This document shows positions 49,650-60,260 of a stretch of 64,000 bases of DNA, in pieces. The position numbers and the translations under genes are program-made. The notes beneath the pieces are model-generated. The model ran no database searches and was not told where the DNA came from. It worked only from the letters and a program-made list of their open reading frames with translations. The DNA is taken from NCBI GenBank assembly GCA_963736855.1, contig CAVTQK010000009.1:64001-128000 (forward strand), in the 5' to 3' direction. How positions within the stretch are numbered: position 1 is the stretch's first letter; each line of letters begins with the position of its first letter. Origin of the DNA: an uncultured delta proteobacterium. GTDB taxonomy: Bacteria > Desulfobacterota > Desulfobacteria > Desulfobacterales > UBA2156.

Positions 49650-50157
49650 ATGAAAATGAAAAAAGCGATCACAACGGCAATGGGCTTGTTTTTTTCTGTA
49701 GCATTTTCAGCATTTGTCTGGGCGGACGGCGGCTGGGAACCTTTAGCAGCAAGTCTTACGGCCACGAGTTACGATCCGGTGATCGAAGGGACTTTTACAG
49801 CCCGTTACAAGTTGGACAACAACAACTCAAAGGGCTATCATATTTTTGCAAAATTGTGCATGAAACAGTTTATAGACGATAAAGAAGTTGAGGTTTGTCG
49901 AGTCTTCGCTTTCGACCATGATAAAATCACCCAAAACAAATGGTTGAACGATTTTGCAGAAACAGAACTGATTAAGAGTTACCAAACCCATGTGAGCTCA
50001 GAAGCTGTTTTGGCCCGATTTGGCTTGGATGATGAAGCAATACGATGCAAAGCTGACCAGTATCAAGGTCAAAAGCACTGGAGGCGATCGGGGCGATTAC
50101 AAAAATGGATTTGCCGAGGGAACTGTGATGTTAAGGGTGATTAAAAAAACGAAATAA
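49650..50157 (+). CDS. Secreted hypothetical protein (probable frameshift near 50040)
   Basis: GGGAGG RBS, signal peptide (AFVWA-D); track ORF ends at 50144, alternate frame reads ...FAEGTVMLRVIKKTK* to 50157. Confidence 0.6.
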
Positions 50158-50226
50158 CCGACGCATTCTGGGAAAAAGGTTCCTCGAAGATTCTTCAGCA
50201 CGTTAACCCATGGCACATATTACGGA

Positions 50227-51838
50227 ATGAGGAGGTTTTTCAGGGATACCGGGCTTTGTCTGATCTCTGGTGTTTTACTGGTTGTTTCGTTTCCTAGCCG
50301 GGATATCGGGTACTTTGCCTGGATTGCGCTTGTGCCGTTTTTCCTGGCCCTTTCAGGAAGGGGCTTTGCCGGTGCGGTACTTCTTTCGGTTTTTCTCGAA
50401 TCCATTTTTATACCGGGAATTTTTTCCTGGATTCTTGAGCTCTGGTATTACCGGTGGTACCACCATGCCCTGCTGGCTGTCTATTTTGGCATTTATTTCG
50501 GCTTGTTCGGGCTGGCAACGGCGTTTTTATCGAAACGCCTGGGGCCTTTTGCGGCTCTGTGGTCCGCTCCCTTTTGGTGGGTGCACGATGGAATACCTTC
50601 GATCCCACTTTCTTTTTCTGTCCCTGCCCTGGGGACTGCTGGCCCACACCCAGTATCGGTATCCGGTCAGTCATTCAGATGGTTTCCATTTCCGGCACCT
50701 ACGGTCTCAGCTTTGCGATCGTTTTTTTCAATGCGGCGCTTGCGGTCACGATCCTGATGCTTTCAAGACGCTGGCGGGCGGCGAAATACGGAACTGTCCA
50801 ATTTCAAGAAAAGCGGCAATTTTTTTCTTGGAGCAACGGCCGGCATCTGCGTTCTTTTAGTGCTGATTTATGGTGTTTTTAGCATCCGTGAAACCCATCA
50901 CCGGAAAGCCACTTGAAATCGCGGCAATTCAGGGCAACATCCCCCAGGAAAAAAAATGGGATCCCGCATACGCCGATGAGATCATGGCCATATATTCGGA
51001 GCTGACCCTCCAGGCGTCCGAGGTAAAACCGAACCTGGTCATCTGGCCGGAAACTGCCACGCCCGGCTCCATCGCCGACAATGAAGAAATTTTCCGGCAT
51101 TTGAAGAGCCTCATCGCGAAGACAGGAATTCCGCTGGTTCTGGGTAGCGCCCAGTATCAGAAATTCCAGGAAGCCGAGACTACAAAGATCGGTCGGGCGA
51201 ATTCTGCGTATCTCATTTTCCCTGAAAACGGGAAAGGTGATCTTCAGCGGTATGACAAAATCCGCCTTTTCCCTTTCGGCGAATATCTGCCTTATGAAAA
51301 GATTTTGCCCTGGGAATGGATCCGTGTTTCGAGTCTGGGCGATTATCTGCCGGGAAAGGAATACACTCTTTTTGAGCTTTTTCCCCATCGTTTTGCCGTG
51401 ACCATCTGCTGGGAAAACATTTTTCCGGATCTCGTGAGGCAATTTGTCAAAAAAGGGGCCCAGTTCATTATTAATATAACAAACGAGGCGCGCTTCGGGA
51501 AAACCGCCGCACCTTACCAGCTCATGGCCATCAGCGTTTTCCGGGCCGTGGAAAACCGGGTTTTCGTGATCCGTTGCGCCAATACGGGTATTTCGTGTAT
51601 CATCGACCCTTACGGAAGGATTGTCAAAAGGCTTAAGGACGAAAAGAGTCAGGATCTGTTCATCCGAGGTTTTTTGAAAGAAAAAATTGTTTCTATGGAT
51701 TCCAAGACCTTTTACACACTTTATGGGGATGTGTCTCCCATGACGGCTTTTGCGGGTTGCGCCATATTCATGATAGCGGCGCTGGGAAAACCGGGAAAAC
51801 CAAAAACGGAAGGGAATCGCATTGATGGCTCAGGATAA
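50227..51838 (+). CDS. lnt: Apolipoprotein N-acyltransferase-like protein (frameshifted)
   Basis: SFP...AWIALVP, EYLRS...LPWGLLAHTQY, QGNIPQ, IWPETA (E), YDKIRLFPFGEY (K), ICWENIFP (C), RAVEN, ANTGIS. Confidence 0.88.
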
Positions 51839-54442
51839 TAGATCGAGTCTATTCCTGGGGGGCATTCGGATTTATCTTGGCGATTCTCCTCTCCGTTTCA
51901 GGGTTCTATTTTTATAATATGGTGCGATGGGGTGATTTCTCGGAGCATGGGTTTTTATATCGATCAGGAAGCGGTTTAAATATCGTTGGCAACTTGAATG
52001 AAAATGGGCGATTTGCAGGTCTTTTTGCCGGGGATCAAGTTTTAAAAATCAACGGAAAGCCGTTTTCAACATTAGAAGAAAGGCGGAGTGCAACAAATTA
52101 CCTTGCTGGTGAAAAAAACGTCTTTTTGGTTGAAAGGGACGGAAAACAATTTGAAGTCATCATCACCAACAACCGATTGGGCTTCAAGAAGGTCTTTGTT
52201 CAAAGCGGACTTCCGTTTTTAGCGGGTTTAAGCTATATTCTCATCGGAGTCCTGGTCTTTTTAATGAAGCCTCATCGGCAAATCGGGTGGGTATTCTATT
52301 TATTTGGGGCATGCGTTGGATCACTAATTATTTTTTTATTAAAATCCGGTTTGTTATGGCCTTCCTGGCTGGGAGCTGTAAACCTTTTTGCGTTTTGCTT
52401 TGCCCCGGCCACGGTGGTGCATCTCATGCTTTCCTTTCCGGCAAGAAGCAAAGTCATCGATCGACATTCCTGGAATCCAGTTTATTCCCTATGTCGGCTC
52501 CCTCGTTCTTTTCATCAGCATCCGTATATCGACCCCTGAGATGCTGGCGATCCCTCGCACTGGGTATAAAGTTGTACTGGTTTATCTAGTCTTTTTCCCT
52601 GATCGGATTTTTTGTATCCTGCATCCATGGATGGCTTAAATCTTCGTCAGAGATCGTCAGGGTGCGCGCCAAATCTGTTTTGCTGGGAGCTTTCATCGCC
52701 GCTTCTGTTCCGGTTCTGGACCTGATCGGCAACGCCTTTTTCCATGTATTTATTAGTTCCCGGGATTCAATTATTATCTCCCCTTTTTGGTCCTTTTCCC
52801 CTTGTGCGTTGCCTATTCCATTGTCAAGCACAACCTTTTCGATATTCAGACGGCTGTTCGGCGGACGTTCGGGTATGTTCTGATGACCGCCAGCATCGCC
52901 TCTCTTTATGTGATCCTTGTGTTCATACCCGCGATGGCGTTTGGAAAAAAGGGTCTTGCAGATTATCCGGGAATGGCCGTTGCCTCCATCCTGGTGATCT
53001 TTTTTATCTTCAACTTTTTCCGGCAGCGGGTGCAGCGGGTAGTCGATCGGGTTTTCTACCGCATGCAATACGACTACAAAGAGATCATGGAAAAGATCGG
53101 GCAGACGATGCGCACTTCCCTGATGCTGGATCAGATCGTCACCCGCATGATGGACATCGTCTTTAATTCCCTTTTCATCGAAAAGGGATACGTCATGTTG
53201 AAAACCAAAGACGGAGCATCTTATGTGAGCGTGCTCCACAAGGAGCCTTCAATTTTACTTCCCGTTTCAGATCCTTTTGTTCAACTTGTCGCTGAAAGAA
53301 AGAAGGGGATCACCCGGTATGATATCGAGGAGGATCCGGCATTTCAAGAGAACAAAGCAACTTTTAGCCGCACCTTTGATCAGTTGGAAGCCACGCTGGT
53401 CCTTCCGACCCTGTTCGAGGATCGGCTTTTCGGTCTGCTGGTTCTAGGCGAAAAAAAATCCGGCAGGTTCTATCAAAGGGAAGATTTCCTTCTCCTGAAT
53501 TTTCTGGTGGATCAGGCTGCGATGGCTATGGAGAACGCCAGGCTGCAGCAAGCCCGGATGGAAGCCCTGGAGCAGTCCAAAAAGGAATTGGAGCAGCTCA
53601 ACAAGGCCAAGAGCAAGGCTCTGAATCTGCTTTCCCATGAACTCAAGACGCCCCTGTCGGTAATTTCCGGAAGCTTGCAGGTCCTAAAACGTGCGGGTGA
53701 AAAAGACTCGGACACCGATCAGAAACAAAAGATTTTTCAACGGCTGGAAACCCATCTGGGCCGCCTTTATGATATCCAGGATGCAACCGATAAAATCATC
53801 CGTTCTCACCGGGAGAACGAAAGCCGGATCGTAGGTGGGGCATCTAACGGAGTTGCTCAAGACGCCTTAGAGCGGATCGACCTGTATCCCTTTGCGCAAA
53901 AGGTTCTGTCCGATGTCAAGTCCAAGGCGAATCATCGGGAGGTTGTTTTTGAATTGAAGGCTCCTGAGAATTTATCGGTGAGAACAAGCCCCGTTGTCCT
54001 CGAGGATGCAGCGGAGTCTTTGATGAGAAATGCCGTTGAAAACACCCCGGATGAGGGATTGATCCGGATGCTTCTTGAGGCCAAAGATGGGAAGATCGTC
54101 TTGAAAGTGAAAGACTTCGGCGTTGGAATAACTGAAGAAAATCGTAAGAACCTTTTTGACGCCTTTTTCCAGACCCAGGAAACGGATCGATACGCCACCC
54201 GGAAACCCTATGATTTTAATGCGGGGGGCAGGGGTTTGGCCTTGTTCAGGGTCCGGTCTTACGCCGAGCAGTTCGGATTCGGCTTTTTCATGAACAGCAA
54301 GAGATGCACCTTTCTTCCCACCGACCGCGATACTTGCCCGGGAAGGATCTCTGCTTGCCCGCATTGCAAGCGCCGCCAAGACTGCCTGACTTCCGGTGGA
54401 AGCACCTTCTGGCTTGCCTTCCCGCCTGCTGAGCCAGGCTGA
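51825..54442 (+). CDS. Membrane sensor histidine kinase: PDZ-like, multi-TM, GAF, HisKA, HATPase with Cys-rich insert (frameshifts in 5' third)
   Basis: AGLFAGDQVLKINGK (PDZ), YSIVKHNLFDI, LGEKKSGRFYQREDFLLL...AMENA (GAF), LSHELKTPL (H-box), RNAVENT, VKDFGVGI. Confidence 0.85.
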
Positions 54443-54914
54443 AAGAATTGACACCAACTTGTGAATTTGCTTTTGTCCTGGGCGGGTATCAGGGACGCTG
54501 AGATTACAAGGCAGTCAATGCCATCGTTAGTCAATCTGCTATAGCGATCAAAACCTCAAGCCCAGTTTTTTAGTCGATACGCAGGGAGTTGACTCTCAAC
54601 TGAGCCGGATTTTATTAAACCACCATTATTGGGTCTCTATGGAGTTACCGCCAAAGCAATGGCATCTTCGGAAAGGGCGGAAGGTCACCGGGATACCTCG
54701 TGGATGAAAATGCCAATCGAAATCGTTTTTTATTGAAATTGATCCTGTTTCTTTTTACTTTTATGATTGTGGGGGGATCTATGCTTTCCTAGTGATGGAT
54801 CTATGCTTTATAACGAAAAGGGGTTTTCCAAAAACTTAAAGAATTTCATCGTCTTTATCGATTCTTCAAACTGTTGGCCAGAACAGGTGGAGCTCGACAC
54901 GTGAGGGAGGATGC

Positions 54915-55856
54915 ATGCAACCGGATATCATCGCCATCGGAGAACCCATGCTGGAGTTCAACGCCGAGGAGGAGGGCACCCTCTCGGAAGCGGGCCGCTT
55001 CATCGTCGGCTGGGGCGGGGACACGTCCAATTTCTGCGTTACCGCCAGCCGAGCCGGTGGCCAAGTGGGATACCTGACGCGTCTGGGGGATGACGAGTTC
55101 GGCGAGAGCTTCCTCAAACTCTGGCAGCGAGAGGGGATAGACACCAGCCGTATCGTGAAAGACCCCGACGCCTTTACCGCCGCTTACTTCATCTCTCGCA
55201 AGGGCAAGCAACATTATTTCACTTACTTCCGGCGAGGTTCGGCCGCCAGCCGCATGACGCCAGGCTTTCTGCCCAAAGACTACCTCGCGCGTGCCAAGCT
55301 GCTGCACGTCTCGGGTATCAGCCAGGCCATCAGCCAAAGTGCCTGCGATACGATCTTTGCCGCCATCGGCATTGCCAGGGCGGCAGGGAAGCTGGTTTCC
55401 TATGACCCCAACTTCAGACCCAAGCTCTGGCCGCTGGACCGCGCGCGGGCGGTAATCCACGAAACCTGCCGACAGGCGGACTTGATTTTCCCCAGCTTGG
55501 ACGATGCTCGCCAGCTGACGGGACTTTCGGACGTGGAGGAGATCGCGAAGTTATACCTGGCGCTGGGGCCAAAGGTGGTGGTCATCAAACTGGGACCCGA
55601 AGGCGCCCTACTCGCGACAGCAGACGGCTTGCGCACGTTTCCCCCTTACAGGGTCGAGTCCATCGACATGTCCGGGGCGGGAGACACCTTCGACGGGGCG
55701 TTTGTGTCAGGCTATCTCGCGGGGCGGCCGGTGAATGAGTGTATGCGCTTTGCAAACGCCGCGGCGGCCATCACCACCACCGGCCTGGGCTGCGTCACCC
55801 CCGTACCGCGGCGCGAGGCAATCGAGGACCTCATGGCCCGGCAGCCGAAAGTATAA
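54915..55856 (+). CDS. kdgK: 2-keto-3-deoxygluconate kinase (PfkB family)
   Basis: IGEPMLEF, GGDTSN, GSAAS, HVSGISQAI, YDPNFRPKLW, DMSGAGDTFDG; next to kduI/kduD. Confidence 0.85.
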   Translation: MQPDIIAIGEPMLEFNAEEEGTLSEAGRFIVGWGGDTSNFCVTASRAGGQVGYLTRLGDDEFGESFLKLWQREGIDTSRIVKDPDAFTAAYFISRKGKQHYFTYFRRGSAASRMTPGFLPKDYLARAKLLHVSGISQAISQSACDTIFAAIGIARAAGKLVSYDPNFRPKLWPLDRARAVIHETCRQADLIFPSLDDARQLTGLSDVEEIAKLYLALGPKVVVIKLGPEGALLATADGLRTFPPYRVESIDMSGAGDTFDGAFVSGYLAGRPVNECMRFANAAAAITTTGLGCVTPVPRREAIEDLMARQPKV

Positions 55857-56146
55857 TTAAGGGATAGGCTCAAAAAACCCTGGCTCAGGACGCCCCAAAA
55901 TCGTCCAGAGTATTTCCCGCATCTTACGGCTGTGCCTGATGAACCAATAGTGATCCTGCCGCCATGATCTGGGCTTCAAACATCTTTCTTGTCTGCATTG
56001 GATTATGGACATGTAGACCCTCTTGGATCGGTTACCGGATGCGGGCGTGATTTTAAAGGTCCGGACACACAGATGAAAAGACTGACCTCATAACGGCAGG
56101 AAGTGTCATTTTTTCGCTTGACTTTTAATCCCACACAAGGCAAAAG

Positions 56147-56184
56147 AGTTCAATATATAAAACTAAGTTCTATATATGGAACTT
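56147..56184. promoter_or_regulatory. Tandem palindromic operators upstream of IclR gene
   Basis: AGTTC-AATATATA-AAACT (56147-56164) and AAGTTC-TATATATG-GAACTT (56165-56184). Confidence 0.6.
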
Positions 56185-56211
56185 TTGACATCTTCATCCG
56201 AGGCACTCCTG

Positions 56212-56979
56212 ATGAATTCATCCGAGCGAATCATCCGGGTGATCGAAACCGTGGTCTCCCGTCAGCATACCGGCATCCGGTTCACTGAGGTTGTGGAGGA
56301 GACGGGAATCGCGAAAGCCACTGTTCATCGGCTTCTCGGCGAGTTGATCGATCTAGGGATCCTCACTTTCAGCACCGAAAGCAAGCGTTACCGGGCCAGC
56401 CTCAAACTCGCTTCTTTAGGGGCGGGGGTCATCGCCAACTTTAACCTCCGCAACCACGTGCACCCTCAACTGATCAAGTTGCACCAGGAAACAAAGCACA
56501 CCTGCAACATGGGAATCAAACAGGGAGACGTGGGCATTTACACCGACAAGATCGAATCGCACGATTACGGCATCAAGCTCTTTTCGGAAGTCGGTAAGAC
56601 ATTCCCTCTTTACTGTACCGCGCTGGGCAAAGTGCTGCTCGCCTATGGACCAGCGGCGGAACGAAAGAGGGTCCTCTCACGGCCCATGAAGCCTTTTACA
56701 CCCAAGACCGTGACGGATGCGCGTCAGCTGGTGCAGCAGCTGACGACGGTCCGCGAACAAGGCTTTGCGTTGGATTGCGAAGAGATTACCCGAGGCATTA
56801 TCTGTATCGCCGCACCCGTGTTCGGCCCACACGAAGACATCCTCTGTGCCATCAGCGTCACGTTTCCAGCCTATCTTGCCGAGGAACGCGGCATCGCATC
56901 GGACATCGAAGCCGTCAAACGACATGCATCCGCGATTTCGGGCATCACGACCGATGCCCTGCATGTCACCACGCATTGA
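56212..56979 (+). CDS. IclR-family transcriptional regulator (KdgR-like by context)
   Basis: HTH GIAKATVHRLL, PLYCTALGKVLLA, GFALDCEE...CIAAPV; alternative start 56176. Confidence 0.92.
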   Translation: MNSSERIIRVIETVVSRQHTGIRFTEVVEETGIAKATVHRLLGELIDLGILTFSTESKRYRASLKLASLGAGVIANFNLRNHVHPQLIKLHQETKHTCNMGIKQGDVGIYTDKIESHDYGIKLFSEVGKTFPLYCTALGKVLLAYGPAAERKRVLSRPMKPFTPKTVTDARQLVQQLTTVREQGFALDCEEITRGIICIAAPVFGPHEDILCAISVTFPAYLAEERGIASDIEAVKRHASAISGITTDALHVTTH

Positions 56980-56993
56980 GAAAGGACAGCCAA

Positions 56994-57824
56994 ATGGAAA
57001 TACGGCATGCCATCCATCCGGATCAGGCCGTGTATCTCGACACGGGGGAACTGCGCGGGCATTTCCTGATTCAAGACCTATTCATCCCGGGCGAGATCAA
57101 GATGGTTTATACCTACTACGATCGGCTCATCGTCGGCGGGTTGTGCCCGATTCGGGAATCGACGCTCGAGGTGGACAAGGCCATCATCGGCGGCGCCAGC
57201 CTGCTCGAGCGGAGGGAGATGGGCATCATCAACATCGGCGGAACCGGGACCGTGGCTGTCGACGGAAAACGGTTTGAGCTGGCGACTAAAGACGGGCTTT
57301 TCATCGGCATGGGCGCTCGGGACGTGGCCTTCACCAGCGCGGACCCCAACACTCCTGCCAAGTTCTACTTCAACTGCGCACCCGCACACACCGAATACCC
57401 GACTGTAAAAATAACACCGGTCGAGGCCACCCCGGTCCAGCTGGGGTCCCAGGAGAAGAGCAACCGCCGCGCCATTCGTAAATACTTCCACCCGGACGGA
57501 ATCAAGAGCTGCCAGTTGGTCATGGGCATGACGACGCTTGAATCCGGGTCTGTATGGAACACGATGCCGGTGCACACGCATCAGCGTCGAATGGAGGCTT
57601 ACCTCTACTTTAACATCCCTGCAGAGGATGTGGTGATGCACATGATGGGGGAGCCGTCAGAGACGCGGCACATCATCGTGCGCAACGAGGAAGCGGTGCT
57701 CTCGCCGAGTTGGTCCATCCACTCGGGAGCCGGCACCTGCAGCTATTCATTCATCTGGGGGATGGTCGGTGAAAACCAGACATTCACGGACATGGATTCC
57801 GTGCCAATGACGATCCTGAAATAG
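56994..57824 (+). CDS. kduI: 5-dehydro-4-deoxy-D-glucuronate isomerase
   Basis: MEIRHAIHP, LERREMGIINIGG, SCQLVMGMT, VWNTMPVHTHQRRMEAYLYF, SPSWSIHSG, GENQTFTDMD. Confidence 0.97.
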   Translation: MEIRHAIHPDQAVYLDTGELRGHFLIQDLFIPGEIKMVYTYYDRLIVGGLCPIRESTLEVDKAIIGGASLLERREMGIINIGGTGTVAVDGKRFELATKDGLFIGMGARDVAFTSADPNTPAKFYFNCAPAHTEYPTVKITPVEATPVQLGSQEKSNRRAIRKYFHPDGIKSCQLVMGMTTLESGSVWNTMPVHTHQRRMEAYLYFNIPAEDVVMHMMGEPSETRHIIVRNEEAVLSPSWSIHSGAGTCSYSFIWGMVGENQTFTDMDSVPMTILK

Positions 57825-57863
57825 GCGCCATTGGCCGCTCACACAGAACAAAGGAGGAAAAAG

Positions 57864-58841
57864 ATGAAAAAAGCGCTGGTGGTTCTAATCTTGTCGGTCG
57901 TCGTTGTTTCGTTTGCCCACGCCCAAACCATTCAAATGAAACTCGGCCACTTTGCGGCCGAATCCCATCCGGGTAACCTTGCGAGCAAGATGTTTGCAGA
58001 CGCCGTCGAGAAACGGACGGAGGGAAAAATCAAGATCACCATTTACCCCAACAATGCATTGGGATCGCCGCCCGAGGTCCTTGAGCAGAACATTCTGGGC
58101 GCGGTGGACATGAGCCTGCCGACCCAGGGCCAGCTCGGCAAGTATTCCAAGAAGTTCAACTGCGTGATGCTGCCGTTCATGTACTCGAGCTATGCTCACG
58201 CGGACAAGGTGCTGGACGGCCCGTTCATCACTTGGGCCGTACCGGACCTCGACCAGGCCGGCCTGGTGTTCCTCTCCAACTGGGAGTGGGGTTTCCGCAA
58301 CCTCACCAACAGCAAACGGCCGGTGAACACCCCCGACGACGTGAAGGGACTCAAAGTGAGAACCCCACCGGAGCTGCCGACCCAGGCGGCCATGGAGGCA
58401 CTGGGCGCCGTTGTTGCGACCATCAACTTCAACGAGCTGCAGATGGCATTGAAGCAGGGCGTGGTCGACGGCCAGGAGAACCCCGTCGCGGTGATTTATG
58501 CGAATCAGCTCTATGAGTCCCAGAAACACCTGGCCATGACCGGGCATAACTACAACACGATGGTGCACGTGATCAGCAAGAAGGTCTGGGACAAGCTCAC
58601 CCCGGAGCAGCAGAAGATCGTCAAGGAAGAGAGCGCCAAAGCCGGCAACTGGATGCGCAAGGCCGTGCGGGACGCCGAGGCTGATCAAATCGAGAAGCTG
58701 AAACAGGCCGGGGTGCAGGTGACTTACCCGGACAAGGCCAAGTTCAAGGCCCTGATGAAACCAGCCTATGATCGGATGAACGCCATCGCCGGCGAGGAGA
58801 ACATCACGGCCTTCGTGAAGATGGTGGAAGCGGCCAAATAA
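57864..58841 (+). CDS. dctP: TRAP solute-binding protein, DctP family
   Basis: Signal peptide, GFRNLTN, DVKGLKVR, LKQGVVDGQENP. Confidence 0.95.
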   Translation: MKKALVVLILSVVVVSFAHAQTIQMKLGHFAAESHPGNLASKMFADAVEKRTEGKIKITIYPNNALGSPPEVLEQNILGAVDMSLPTQGQLGKYSKKFNCVMLPFMYSSYAHADKVLDGPFITWAVPDLDQAGLVFLSNWEWGFRNLTNSKRPVNTPDDVKGLKVRTPPELPTQAAMEALGAVVATINFNELQMALKQGVVDGQENPVAVIYANQLYESQKHLAMTGHNYNTMVHVISKKVWDKLTPEQQKIVKEESAKAGNWMRKAVRDAEADQIEKLKQAGVQVTYPDKAKFKALMKPAYDRMNAIAGEENITAFVKMVEAAK

Positions 58842-58961
58842 AATGCATTGGAAGCAGATGGAGGGGCGAAGCGATGAACCATCGCGAGAACGCCCCTCCC
58901 GGCCGTCGCCAAGGCCTATCGGGGATCGCTGCGCTGAACCGACGCAGACAGGGAAGGCCAC

Positions 58962-60239
58962 ATGCTGACATTGTTTATCTTCGGGATCTTGCTGGTTCTG
59001 ATCATGATCGACCTGCCGATCGCTGTGGCGATCGGCCTCACGGCCATCGCGTTTTTCGTGGGGCTCGGCAACGAATCCCTTCTGACCATGCTGCCCCAGA
59101 GGATGTATGCCTCCACCACCGGTTTCACTCTGCTAGCCGTCCCCTTCTTCATCCTGGCCGGAAACCTCATGAACACGGGCGGAATCACCAATCGCATCTT
59201 CCGTTTCGCCAAGGCCATCATTGGACATTTACCCGGAGGGCTGGGACAGGTCAGTGTCATCGCCAACGTCATCTTTTCCGGGATGTCCGGCTCCGCCATA
59301 GCCGATGCGGCCGGCCTGGGGCAGGTCCTGCACAAAGCCATGGTGGACAACGGTTTCAAGCCCAAATTCTCGGCTTCCATCGTCGCGGCCGCCGCCACCA
59401 TCGGGCCGGTGATCCCCCCCAGCATCCCCTTCGTCGTCTATGGAGCCCTGACGGGGGTTTCGGTCAGCAAGCTTTTTCTAGCGGGTTTCATCCCGGGCGG
59501 CATGATGGCGATAGCCATGATGGCCGCCATCGCCTTCAAGGCCAGGCGCTACAACCTGCCGAGGGAACAGAAAGCAGGTTCAAAGGAAGTGGCCGCGAGC
59601 ATTCGAGAGGCGTTCCTGCCGTTGCTGACGCCGATCATCGTCATCGGCGGCATCCTGATCGGTATTTTCACGCCGACGGAAGCAGCGGTGGTAGCCACTC
59701 TTTACGCCTTGTTCCTGGGGTTCCTGTACCGGGATATCACGTTCAGTGATTTGCCCCGGATCTTCTGGACTTCCATCCGGCAGACCGTCAGCCTCTTATT
59801 CATCATTGCCGTTGCAGGATTCTTCGGCTGGTTCACCATCCATCAGCGCATCCCCGATGAGATAATTCAGAACTTCACCACCATGAGTGCCACGCCATCA
59901 GGTATCGTCACCATGGTCATTGTCGTGGTGCTGGTTCTCGGACTTTTTCTGGAAGGCAATGCTATCTTCATCATCACCATCCCCATTTTTGCGCCGGTGG
60001 CGCAAAAATTCGGGATCGACCTGATCAACTTCGGAGTGGTGATGACGCTTTTAATCATGGTCGGTAACCTGACGCCGCCCGTGGGGATGTGCCTGTTCGC
60101 GGTTTCCAACTTCAGCAAGGTCAGCCTGGGGGAGCTTTCGAAGGAAGTGTGGCCGTATCTGGTCGGGATATTTATCGTGACCGTCATCATCGCTTACGTC
60201 CCGGCCATCGGGTTGTTTCTCCCGAACCTGTTCGAATAA
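58962..60239 (+). CDS. dctM: TRAP large permease
   Basis: LLAVPFFILAG, SGSAIAD, IPPSIP, FTPTEAA, TPPVG. Confidence 0.95.
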   Translation: MLTLFIFGILLVLIMIDLPIAVAIGLTAIAFFVGLGNESLLTMLPQRMYASTTGFTLLAVPFFILAGNLMNTGGITNRIFRFAKAIIGHLPGGLGQVSVIANVIFSGMSGSAIADAAGLGQVLHKAMVDNGFKPKFSASIVAAAATIGPVIPPSIPFVVYGALTGVSVSKLFLAGFIPGGMMAIAMMAAIAFKARRYNLPREQKAGSKEVAASIREAFLPLLTPIIVIGGILIGIFTPTEAAVVATLYALFLGFLYRDITFSDLPRIFWTSIRQTVSLLFIIAVAGFFGWFTIHQRIPDEIIQNFTTMSATPSGIVTMVIVVVLVLGLFLEGNAIFIITIPIFAPVAQKFGIDLINFGVVMTLLIMVGNLTPPVGMCLFAVSNFSKVSLGELSKEVWPYLVGIFIVTVIIAYVPAIGLFLPNLFE

Positions 60240-60260
60240 GACACCGATGAGGAGCGCGGA

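Noticed and set aside
46919..54914. Accessory block as a mobile element or defence island
   Set aside because: Lower GC in parts, but no transposase, integrase, terminal repeats or defence-family motifs recognised
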